From Promethearchaeota archaeon (GTDB taxonomy: Archaea > Asgardarchaeota > Lokiarchaeia > Sigyniarchaeales > SOKP01): a stretch of DNA of 14,239 nucleotides. Each line of letters starts with the position of its first letter. The stretch's first letter is position 1. Location of the stretch: NCBI GenBank assembly GCA_016839585.1, contig JAEOTZ010000005.1, forward strand, positions 1-14,239, read 5' to 3'. The position numbers and the translations under genes were made by a program. Shown here piece by piece: positions 1 through 8,048 of this stretch. The notes under the pieces are model-generated. The model saw only the letters and a program-made list of their open reading frames with translations. It had not been told where the DNA came from and did not search any database.

Positions 1-2
1 AT

Positions 3-623
3 GATGTCTTACTATACACTATTTTTGGGAAAATAAAGAATGTTCATATTATTGGAACTATTATTGAAAAGCGAGAGGAGGTTTATCAAAGAGAAGGTGA
101 AGAAAGACAAAGAATTATATTCGACTTAGATGATGGTACTGGATTGGTTCAGGCAGTTAAATGGGAGGCTAATTTTGAAAAATATGAAAACTTGAAGAAG
201 GGAGATGTCATTGATTTGGTTGGAAATTTCCCAAAAAAATGGAAACTGTATAACACAATCTCAATAAATTTTTTAACAAAAGTAGAAGATCCAAATCTAA
301 TTTTGTTGAGAAATGGGGAAGTACTTAAAAAAATTAAATCAGGAGAAATCCAAGAGATTCCAGATCTACTAGAAGATGTTAATGATGTTGATGAAATCTA
401 TGTGGATGATTTATTTAACGAGGAACAAAACATTAAAAAAGAGGATATTAAAGAAAACATATATAAAGTAATTGAGGAACATTCTTCAAATGGATTTGGG
501 ATTAATTTTGAAGAGCTAAACAAATTGATTCAAATTACTGAAAGTGTTTTGAAAAAATATATTAAAGATCTGGAGATGGAATCTAGAATTTATCAATCTG
601 ATAATTATTATCAATCTTATTAA
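3..623 (+). CDS. RPA32/RPA2-like ssDNA-binding protein (OB fold, acidic linker, C-terminal winged helix); 5' end lies outside the window
   Basis: Frame 3 is open from the window edge: DVLLYTIFGKIKNVHIIGTIIEKREE...IIFDLDDGTGLVQAVKW. VxIIGxI and FxLDDGTG are RPA32/Stn1-type OB-fold motifs. The C-terminus IYKVIEEHSSNGFGINFEELNK...LKKYIKDLEMESRIYQ has a winged-helix pattern. The ORF-track start at 144 is an internal TTG. Confidence 0.8.
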   Translation, partial: DVLLYTIFGKIKNVHIIGTIIEKREEVYQREGEERQRIIFDLDDGTGLVQAVKWEANFEKYENLKKGDVIDLVGNFPKKWKLYNTISINFLTKVEDPNLILLRNGEVLKKIKSGEIQEIPDLLEDVNDVDEIYVDDLFNEEQNIKKEDIKENIYKVIEEHSSNGFGINFEELNKLIQITESVLKKYIKDLEMESRIYQSDNYYQSY

Positions 624-721
624 AAGTAAAATTATAAAACAATATTTCAAAAAAGTAAAATATATTTTCTACGCAATTTTTTATATTTATAATTAAGTTT
701 ATTTCAAATTTGATAATAATC

Positions 722-1135
722 ATGGATTTATACGATTATAAGAAATTGCTAGATAAAGTATATGAAAAAATTCCAGAAAATGTAAAGCAGTCTGCTAGAT
801 TTGAGATTCCCAAGGTAGAAATTCGTATTGAATCAAAAAATACTTTTATCACAAATCTTAATAAAATTCTTAACACTCTAAATAGAGATAAAAAGCATTT
901 TATGGGAATTTTCCTTAAAAAAGCAGGGACAATGGGTGAGATTCGCGGGCAACAATTATTCTTGAAAGGTCAATATAAAGAACAAGTATTAAACCGGTTA
1001 ATTGAAAATTATACAAAAACCTATGTATTATGTAATATTTGTAATAAACCAGATACTCAAATTCAAAGAGAGGGTAAAAAATATTATCTTAAATGCACTG
1101 CCTGTGGAGCAAGACAAGAGATAAAAGAAAAATAA
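722..1135 (+). CDS. eif2b: Translation initiation factor 2 subunit beta (aIF2-beta)
   Basis: N-terminal YKKLLDKVYEKIP...RFEIP and C-terminal zinc ribbon YVLCNICNKPDT...LKCTACGA. ATG at 722 preferred over TTG at 710. No TRAM domain. Confidence 0.95.
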   Translation: MDLYDYKKLLDKVYEKIPENVKQSARFEIPKVEIRIESKNTFITNLNKILNTLNRDKKHFMGIFLKKAGTMGEIRGQQLFLKGQYKEQVLNRLIENYTKTYVLCNICNKPDTQIQREGKKYYLKCTACGARQEIKEK

Positions 1136-1147
1136 ACTGGAAAGTAT

Positions 1148-1444
1148 ATGAAAGTATACCTGAAAATTCATCGTAAAGATGAAATTGAGACAATTGCTTG
1201 TTGCGATGAAAAATTACTTAACCAAGTTTTTAAGGAAGGTAATTTGAGAATTGAGATTTCAAATCAATTTTTTGGAGGAAAATTAATTAATTTAGAGGAT
1301 GCTATTGAAATTTTAAAAGAAGCATCTTACTTCAATATTGTAGGTGAAAATATAACTAGTAAAGCAATTGATTATAAAATTCTCCCTAAAGAGGGAATAA
1401 GATCTATTAATGGAGTTCCAATGGCTTTAAAGATGATGTTTTAA
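1148..1444 (+). CDS. DUF424 family protein
   Basis: 98 aa with IACCDEKLL, FFGG, NIVG and INGVP motifs. Its position between aIF2-beta and nmd3 is the usual archaeal arrangement. Confidence 0.9.
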   Translation: MKVYLKIHRKDEIETIACCDEKLLNQVFKEGNLRIEISNQFFGGKLINLEDAIEILKEASYFNIVGENITSKAIDYKILPKEGIRSINGVPMALKMMF

Positions 1445-2358
1445 TGCCAAATCGATTTTGTGCTATATGTGGCAAAGTAATTAGTGATGCTGATCCTCAT
1501 TTTGGAATGTGTTACGATTGTTATTTAAAGGAAAAACCTTTATTTGATTTACCTAAACGATTTTCATTGAATATTTGTATAGATTGTGGAAGTTATTCCA
1601 AAAAAGAAGTTTGGATTGAACCGAGAGATAACGAATTATTCCCTACAATCAATGAAGCTATCCATAGATTCTTATTAAAAAATTATTTGAAAAAGAGTAA
1701 TATTGAGTTCTCTATCACTTTTGATGAGAAAAGTTATATATTTTCTTCAAAAGATTTATTAAATAACCTCGATATCGTTGTTAATGGAAAAATGAAAGAA
1801 AACACTAATTTGAAGTATCAAGAAACAATTAATGTAAATTTAAATTATCTTCTGTGTAAAAACTGTTCAAATATAAGGGGAGGAACTTATTATATATCAA
1901 TTATTCAATTACGAGTAAAAGATGAAACTCAATTTGATTTAATAGATAAAGCCCTAAATGAGATAAATAAGTATGTTGAAAAACTATTTGAAAAAGATCA
2001 AAAACATTATATTTCAAAAATAGAGGATCAAAAATTTGGTGTAGACTTATATTTAAGTTCAAATGAATTAATGAATTATATCATAAAACTATTAAGAGTG
2101 AAATACTACTTTTTAATAAAAAGGACAAAAAAATTAATTGGCAGAGATATTCAAAAGGGTAAAAACCTATATAGATTAAAAACCTTAATAAAATTTTTAC
2201 CAATACAAAAAAATGATATTGTTATAATAGAAAATGAAGATTTTCTTATTGAGAAGATTACTAAAAATAAAGTCTTCCTGAGAAATAGAAAGAATTCAAA
2301 ATTGATAAAAAATTATTCTTATTTTTTTAATGAGAAAATTCTTAAGAAAAAAATATAG
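1444..2358 (+). CDS. nmd3: Nmd3 family large ribosomal subunit maturation factor
   Basis: Four CxxC pairs (CAIC, CYDC, CIDC, CKNC) plus YYISIIQLR, GVDLYL and KLIGRD...GKNLYR motifs. Start overlaps the DUF424 stop (TAATG). Confidence 0.93.
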   Translation: MPNRFCAICGKVISDADPHFGMCYDCYLKEKPLFDLPKRFSLNICIDCGSYSKKEVWIEPRDNELFPTINEAIHRFLLKNYLKKSNIEFSITFDEKSYIFSSKDLLNNLDIVVNGKMKENTNLKYQETINVNLNYLLCKNCSNIRGGTYYISIIQLRVKDETQFDLIDKALNEINKYVEKLFEKDQKHYISKIEDQKFGVDLYLSSNELMNYIIKLLRVKYYFLIKRTKKLIGRDIQKGKNLYRLKTLIKFLPIQKNDIVIIENEDFLIEKITKNKVFLRNRKNSKLIKNYSYFFNEKILKKKI

Positions 2359-2369
2359 AGGCAACTTTA

Positions 2370-3242
2370 TTGGAACAAGATAAAGATGAAACAGATGAGG
2401 AATTCGATGAAATTTTAGATAAGGAATTCAATGAAATTTTAGATAAGGAATTCAACAATAAATTTGAAACTAATATTGATGAGTTGCAAAAAAGGAAAAT
2501 AGATAATAAAAGAAGAAAAAAGATTGATCAATCAAAGAAAAGAGCAGTAATAGAATCTGTTTTTGATGAACGTACAATATTTCAATTAAATAGAATATTA
2601 ACACATGGACCACTTGAAAGAATTGAAGGGATAATCTCAGCCGGGAAAGAAGCAAATGTCTATCTAGCATATGATAGAAGTGGAGAAGAAGTTGCTGTAA
2701 AAATTTATAAAATTGATAGTAATACTTCAAAATGGATGAGGAATTATATTATTGGAGATCCGAGATTTAAGAAAATTCCTAGTAATATTTCAAAAACTAT
2801 TTTTTTATGGGCAAGTAAAGAATTTAAAAACCTTAAAAGAGCATTTAAAGTAGGATTAAGTGTTCCAAAACCAATCTATATTAAGAATAACATATTAATA
2901 ATGGAATATATTGGTTTTGAATCCATTCCTGCCCCAATACTGAAGGATATTAAAAGCCCAAAGAATATAAATGATTTATTAGATGAATTATTAGATTTCA
3001 TAAAGACATTATTTCAAAAAGCTAAACTAGTTCATGGAGACCTTAGTGAATTTAACATCTTATATCATAATCAAAAACCGGTTGTAATTGATATTTCACA
3101 AGCAGTATCAATTCAACATCCTAAAGCAGAAGCTTATCTAGTTAGAGATATTAAGAATATGTTGAATTATTTTAAAAAATTAGGGGTCAAAACACCAGAT
3201 CCCAAAAAATTTTATTATGAAGTCATAAATTTAGACAATTAA
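2370..3242 (+). CDS. rio1: Rio1 atypical Ser/Thr kinase/ATPase (small subunit maturation)
   Basis: ISAGKEANVY P-loop, AVKIY, YIIGDPRF, WASKEFKNL, LVHGDLSEFNIL catalytic loop and IDISQAV. TTG start. Confidence 0.96.
   Translation: MEQDKDETDEEFDEILDKEFNEILDKEFNNKFETNIDELQKRKIDNKRRKKIDQSKKRAVIESVFDERTIFQLNRILTHGPLERIEGIISAGKEANVYLAYDRSGEEVAVKIYKIDSNTSKWMRNYIIGDPRFKKIPSNISKTIFLWASKEFKNLKRAFKVGLSVPKPIYIKNNILIMEYIGFESIPAPILKDIKSPKNINDLLDELLDFIKTLFQKAKLVHGDLSEFNILYHNQKPVVIDISQAVSIQHPKAEAYLVRDIKNMLNYFKKLGVKTPDPKKFYYEVINLDN
2400..2455 (+). repeat. In-frame 24-bp tandem repeat (2 copies plus a partial third) in the rio1 5' region
   Basis: gaattcgatgaaattttagataag (2400-2423), gaattcaatgaaattttagataag (2424-2447) and gaattcaa (2448-2455), encoding EFDEILDK-EFNEILDK-EFN. 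Confidence 0.92.
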
Positions 3243-3285
3243 ATAAATAAAATAAAATGATTTAATTAAAATTTTTTATATAAAA

Positions 3286-3843
3286 ATGAAAATTGGTAAA
3301 AACCGTATAGCAGTCTTAATCGGGAAGGATGGAGAAACAAAAAAAGAGATTGAAGAAGCATTAGCAGTAAAAATTAATTTAGATAGTAAAACCGGTGAAT
3401 GTGAGATTTTACCGTTAATTAACGTTCTAAATTACAATCCAATTAATGTTTACACAGCAGAAAAAATTGTTAACGCGATTAATAGAGGGTTTAATCCTGT
3501 TAAAGCAATGAAATTATTGGATGAAACTTATGAACTGGAAATTTTTAATCTTTTTTTACTTTTAGGTAAATCAGATAAGAGGATTAAACGAATTAAAGGA
3601 CGTATTATTGGAAGAAATGGAGAAATGCGTAAGGCAATTGAAAAATTTGCTGAAAGTTACATTTCAGTATACGGAAAAACGGTATCCATCATAGCAGATT
3701 ATGAAAATTTACAGATTGCAAGAAAGGCAGTAAGTATGTTGATAAATGGAATGCCTCATCATGTTGCTTTAAGGTTTTTAGAAAATAAATATAATGAAAA
3801 AAAGAAGGAGCAATTTAGACAGATGTATAAACCTGAATTTTAA
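3286..3843 (+). CDS. KH-domain pre-rRNA processing protein (Dim2/Pno1/Krr1 family)
   Basis: Two KH domains with GxxG loops (RIAVLIGKDG, KGRIIGRNG) plus AINRGF and ISVYGKTVSII. Directly follows rio1, as is typical in archaea. Confidence 0.93.
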   Translation: MKIGKNRIAVLIGKDGETKKEIEEALAVKINLDSKTGECEILPLINVLNYNPINVYTAEKIVNAINRGFNPVKAMKLLDETYELEIFNLFLLLGKSDKRIKRIKGRIIGRNGEMRKAIEKFAESYISVYGKTVSIIADYENLQIARKAVSMLINGMPHHVALRFLENKYNEKKKEQFRQMYKPEF

Positions 3844-3847
3844 TATT

Positions 3848-4216
3848 CTATTTTAAAAACCTGTTTTTATAAATTTTAGAGGCATTATTTAAAATATCTT
3901 TTCCATATATAATTTCTTTTAATTCTTTGAGTAAAAGGTTTTGATTTCTAATGTTTTCTACTGAAAAAATTTCCTCAAACTCTTCCTTTTTTGAATAATT
4001 AAGGTGAACTTCAAAACTTTTAATAGAATATGAATTCGTAGTGTAAGATTTGAAAATAACTATACTCCGTGGATAAAGACTTTTTTCTTTTAAGAAAATA
4101 GCCCAACCATCGAAATAAAAATCAAAATTAATTGAAAAGAATTCATTCCAAAAACTTATTTCTTTAAGAATCCCATCTATTTCTTTTTTTATTTTTGGAG
4201 AAAACTTGTATTCCAT
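3848..4216 (-). CDS. Hypothetical 122-aa alpha/beta protein downstream of ftsZ
   Basis: ATG-started ORF filling the gap between dim2 (convergent) and ftsZ (co-oriented, 46-bp gap). Composition looks like a native protein; family not recognised. Confidence 0.75.
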   Translation of the reverse strand: MEYKFSPKIKKEIDGILKEISFWNEFFSINFDFYFDGWAIFLKEKSLYPRSIVIFKSYTTNSYSIKSFEVHLNYSKKEEFEEIFSVENIRNQNLLLKELKEIIYGKDILNNASKIYKNRFLK

Positions 4217-4262
4217 ATAATTTAGTATAATTAGGAATATTTAAAGAAATATTAAAAAAAAA

Positions 4263-5369
4263 TTAATCAAAAGCAATTTCACCAATGTTAAATATATCAT
4301 TAGATAAACCTAATTTTGATTTTTTAAATTTAGTTTTATAGGATGGTTGATTCATTGAAAAACAATTACCAAAAATTTGAGGAGATTTAATACCTGTAAT
4401 AAGAAGCATGACTCTTAAAAATCCATCAAATTCATCTGAAACACGTGCACCCCAAATAACCATAGAGTCATTTACATCCATTTTTTCTGATATTTTTTTA
4501 GCGACTGAGTTAGCTTCTGCTAAAGTCAAGTCATTTCCTCCACAAATGTGAATTAAAGCACCTTTTGCTCCTTCTATACTCACATCTAATAATGGAGTAT
4601 TAAGTGCGTCATTAATAGCGTCATCAACACGATTCTCATTTCCATTTGATTCACCAACCCCTACAATTGCAACACCACCAGTACTTAATATTGTTCTAAC
4701 ATCTGCAAAATCCAAATTAATCAAAGATGGTAATGATATTGTTTCAGTAATACCTTTTACCATTGTTGCTAATACTTCATCAGCAACACTGAAAGCTTCT
4801 ATGATTGGTAAGTTAGGGGCAATTTCTAATAATCGATTATTATCAATTACGACCAATGTATCAACATATCTTTTTAAAAGATTCAAACCAATTTTTGCTT
4901 TATCCATCCGTCCAATTTCCGTTTCAAATGGTAGAGTCACTACTCCTACTACAATAGCACCTTCCAGTTTCGCAATTTCAGCTATAATGGGAGCACTACC
5001 TGTCCCAGTTCCCCCTCCTTCTCCACATGTTATAAATACTAAATTTGAATCTCTTAAAACTCTTGTTAAATCTTCTCGAGATTCTTCCGCAGCTGCTTTA
5101 CCAATCTCAGGATTACCACCAGCACCAAGTCCCCTTGTTAAATTTTTTCCAATTAAAATTTTTATATGAGACTCCACAGCATCTAAATGTTGGCAATCCG
5201 TATTTATAGCAATACACTGAGCCCCTCTTATTCCTATTTTCATTAATCTATTAATTGTATTATTTCCCGCACCACCACATCCAAGGATCTTAATATTGGC
5301 ATAACCCAAATTTTCAATTTGGGGATTATTTATTTCTCTCTTACATGCATTTTTGATAAATGATTCCAT
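4263..5369 (-). CDS. ftsZ: Cell division GTPase FtsZ
   Basis: GCGGAGNN, INTD, GLGAGGNPEIG, tubulin signature GGGTGTG, PFETE, IDNNRL, intact T7 loop INLDFADV, and IWGA. Confidence 0.98.
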   Translation of the reverse strand: MESFIKNACKREINNPQIENLGYANIKILGCGGAGNNTINRLMKIGIRGAQCIAINTDCQHLDAVESHIKILIGKNLTRGLGAGGNPEIGKAAAEESREDLTRVLRDSNLVFITCGEGGGTGTGSAPIIAEIAKLEGAIVVGVVTLPFETEIGRMDKAKIGLNLLKRYVDTLVVIDNNRLLEIAPNLPIIEAFSVADEVLATMVKGITETISLPSLINLDFADVRTILSTGGVAIVGVGESNGNENRVDDAINDALNTPLLDVSIEGAKGALIHICGGNDLTLAEANSVAKKISEKMDVNDSMVIWGARVSDEFDGFLRVMLLITGIKSPQIFGNCFSMNQPSYKTKFKKSKLGLSNDIFNIGEIAFD

Positions 5370-5471
5370 TCAAAATCAATTATTGAATTTAATTAATTCT
5401 TTACAAAAAAAAATAAAATTGGAAAATTATAATTGATGTGATATCTAAATATTATATATCTTTTATAAAAT

Positions 5472-6692
5472 TCAATGTAATGAAAAATCCTTTTCGATAT
5501 CAGGATCAAAGATTTGCTTTAATTGATTATCTTTAATGAGGAAAATCTTTGGTAAAGGATATGGAAAGCGATTTGAAAAAGTTAAACAGTATGCACCTGT
5601 ATTGGTGACTAAAACTTTATCCCCTTCTTCTAAATACTCACTAAAAAAGTAATCTTTTGCTAATACATCTTGATCAGTTGGAACTATTCCTAAGAATGTT
5701 GTTGGTTCATTATGCGAAAGATGAATTTTAGATGCATTATAAAACCTTAGAGAACATCTAGCGAATTTCGGACAAATGTGATTTCCTATATTTAAGAAAG
5801 CATTTCGATCATTAGATACTTTTAGAATTTTAGCTATAAATAAACCAGCATCACCAACAAAGTACCTACCAGGTTCAAAATAAATTTTCTCATAATTAAT
5901 ATTAAAATCCTCAAAGATGGTTCTTATATTTTTAACAATTTTTCTTAATTGGTTTTGAGGCATTATAGTAGCTTCTGGAAAACCCCCGCCAATATTTATA
6001 TTTTTAACATTAATCCCAATTCGCGAAAAATTCTTTAAAGCCTCTATAATAGTTGTAATATTTTTTTTAAATTGCTCAAAATTATTCAATTGAGTACTAT
6101 AATGAGATAGTATTGTTGTTATTTTGATATTTTTACAACTTGTAATTAGCCTTTCTAAAAATAATAAGTTTTTTTCATCAAAATTAATACCTAATTTACT
6201 ATTATATTTCTGAGAATTAACTCTGATACAAATATTTTGGATAATATTAAATTTCTGGGCAACTAAATTAATTTTTTTTATGTCATTTAAATTATATGCT
6301 ATTATTTCTTTGATTTGGTTTTTTATACTAAGTCTTATCATTTCTTTTGGCATATAGGGCCCTCCAGCTAATATTTTATTAGGGGGAAATCCGATTTTTA
6401 ATGCTAATTTAAGTTCAGGTAACCCCACAACATTTGCACCAATTCTTTCTGAACATATAATGTTACAAATATCGGGAAGAAAATTAGCTTTAAATGAATA
6501 ATAGCACTCAAAATCATTAAACTCAGAACTAATAACATCTATAAATGATTTGATATTATCTCTTATTCTGTTTTCCAAAAAAATTAAGAATGGAGTTTTA
6601 AATTTTTTTATAATATCTTCAAGATATATCAAATCAATTAAAATTTTACCTCCCTCTTTCTTTAAGAAAGGATTTCCAGAGATTTTTTTCAT
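5472..6692 (-). CDS. PLP-dependent fold type III (group IV, LysA/ODC-like) decarboxylase homologue with an atypical active site
   Basis: YSFKAN (Schiff-base Lys), RVN, NIGGGF, FEPGRYFVG and TGAY are present. HYSTQ replaces HxGSQ and GIVPTDQD replaces GPxCxxxD, so lysA is not assigned. Confidence 0.85.
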   Translation of the reverse strand: MKKISGNPFLKKEGGKILIDLIYLEDIIKKFKTPFLIFLENRIRDNIKSFIDVISSEFNDFECYYSFKANFLPDICNIICSERIGANVVGLPELKLALKIGFPPNKILAGGPYMPKEMIRLSIKNQIKEIIAYNLNDIKKINLVAQKFNIIQNICIRVNSQKYNSKLGINFDEKNLLFLERLITSCKNIKITTILSHYSTQLNNFEQFKKNITTIIEALKNFSRIGINVKNINIGGGFPEATIMPQNQLRKIVKNIRTIFEDFNINYEKIYFEPGRYFVGDAGLFIAKILKVSNDRNAFLNIGNHICPKFARCSLRFYNASKIHLSHNEPTTFLGIVPTDQDVLAKDYFFSEYLEEGDKVLVTNTGAYCLTFSNRFPYPLPKIFLIKDNQLKQIFDPDIEKDFSLH

Positions 6693-6699
6693 ATTATTA

Positions 6700-7998
6700 T
6701 TATTTTTTATTTATTAGATTTTGATATAATATATGTGTTTTTTCTGCAACTATATCCCATGTATAATTCTGGTATACCTTTAATTGTCCTGCTAAGCCAA
6801 AAAAATTTTTTAATCTCCTATTTTTTAATAGAATAAGAACTTTTTTGGCAATATCAATTGGATTATCAAATTCCACTAAGAGTCCATCATAATTTTCTCT
6901 TATTACTTCTGGTGTAGCACCAATTCTTGCTCCAATTACTGGTTTTCCGGCAGCCCAAGCTTCTAAAAATGAAATTCCAAAAGCATCACTTCGACTTGGC
7001 ATTAAATATAAATCTGCTTCTTTAAATGCACTCAGCTTTTTTTTATCAAAATAACCAGTTAAATTATCAGGTGTAAAATTAAGGATTCTAGCATTTCTTA
7101 ACTTACGAACTTTTGATAATTCACGGTTAAATGCTAAGGTTGAAGGACCAATAAAAACAAAATAAATTTTAGGAAACTTTTGTAAGATGTAAGGGATTGC
7201 TTTTAAGATTGAAATTGCCCCTTTTTCATAGTTTTTATATCCACAGAATAACACTAATTTATAATTTTTTTCCTTTCTTTTAAAAAAATTTTTTTTAAAA
7301 TAAGATTTTACGTGTTTCGAGTTTTTAATGTCTTTAAATTTTTCGTAATCCACACCCATAGGAATTACCATAATTTTTTCTTTTTGCATACCATAGTTTT
7401 TTATCAAAACATTCTTTTCAAGATTTGTACAAGTTATAGTGATATCGAATTTGCTTAAAACCTCAATTAAACTTGAATCTAAGTACCGTGGATTTGAAAA
7501 ATGAAAAAATGGAGTACAAATTTTAGGTTTGTTAATTAGATTTCCTAAAATTAAAGCGATGATTAAGTTAAAATAAGGATAAAATGTAGCATGTATTAAA
7601 TCATAATTTATTTTTGGTTTTTTTAAGAAAAAATTGATTAAATCCTCCATATACGGCCCATTTTCTATAAATTTTATTAAACTTTCATTACTTAAATTTA
7701 AAAAATCAAAATTAGGAATTTTTTTCAAATTAGTTATTATATCATCAGGAGAAAGATTATGGTTTATCGAGAATCTATTAATCCTAATGTTGTTTACTCC
7801 ATTAAAATACTTATTATTCCTCGTTATAAATCTCCCATTAGGTTCTCTTAAAGCTTTGAAGTCAATCGCATTTGAAGTATAGATATCTATATTATAATCA
7901 TATTTTTTTGTTAAAATTTCTGCCATTCTTTGAAAATAAAATTCAGCACCAGATATTGATGGATAATATCTTGTAGGAAGAAATAAAATATGATTCAA
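6700..7998 (-). CDS. Glycosyltransferase family 4 (GT-B fold)
   Basis: N-terminal YYPSISGAE, IPMGVD, EKG, PSRSDAFGISFLEAWAAGKPVI (D-x7-E variant) and YTWD. TTG start. Confidence 0.93.
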   Translation of the reverse strand: MNHILFLPTRYYPSISGAEFYFQRMAEILTKKYDYNIDIYTSNAIDFKALREPNGRFITRNNKYFNGVNNIRINRFSINHNLSPDDIITNLKKIPNFDFLNLSNESLIKFIENGPYMEDLINFFLKKPKINYDLIHATFYPYFNLIIALILGNLINKPKICTPFFHFSNPRYLDSSLIEVLSKFDITITCTNLEKNVLIKNYGMQKEKIMVIPMGVDYEKFKDIKNSKHVKSYFKKNFFKRKEKNYKLVLFCGYKNYEKGAISILKAIPYILQKFPKIYFVFIGPSTLAFNRELSKVRKLRNARILNFTPDNLTGYFDKKKLSAFKEADLYLMPSRSDAFGISFLEAWAAGKPVIGARIGATPEVIRENYDGLLVEFDNPIDIAKKVLILLKNRRLKNFFGLAGQLKVYQNYTWDIVAEKTHILYQNLINKK

Positions 7999-8048
7999 AA
8001 TATATTGATCCTTTTTACTTATTAATTATAATTATATATAAGATACAA

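Noticed and set aside
2400-2455. Possible CRISPR-like repeat
   Set aside because: Copies are directly adjacent with no spacers, in frame within rio1, and no cas genes are nearby.
2470-2730. 86-aa minus-strand ORF
   Set aside because: Antisense shadow of rio1 with implausible F/L/Y-rich composition.
3848-4216. SepF identity for the ftsZ-adjacent ORF (similar size)
   Set aside because: It lacks the SepF pattern (G.IVI.D, GGDI-type motifs), and the inferred secondary-structure order differs.
4801-5169. 122-aa plus-strand ORF with Pro-rich stretches (tempting as a profilin ligand)
   Set aside because: Antisense mirror of the Gly codons in the ftsZ GTPase motifs; not an independent gene.
5460-5474. 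TGA stop of the decarboxylase as possible selenocysteine read-through (Lokiarchaeia encode Sec)
   Set aside because: Read-through adds only two residues before TAA, the position is not catalytic, and I see no SECIS-like hairpin.
5472-6692. Assigning the gene symbol lysA
   Set aside because: The catalytic Cys and several DAP-recognition motifs are altered, so the function cannot be asserted.
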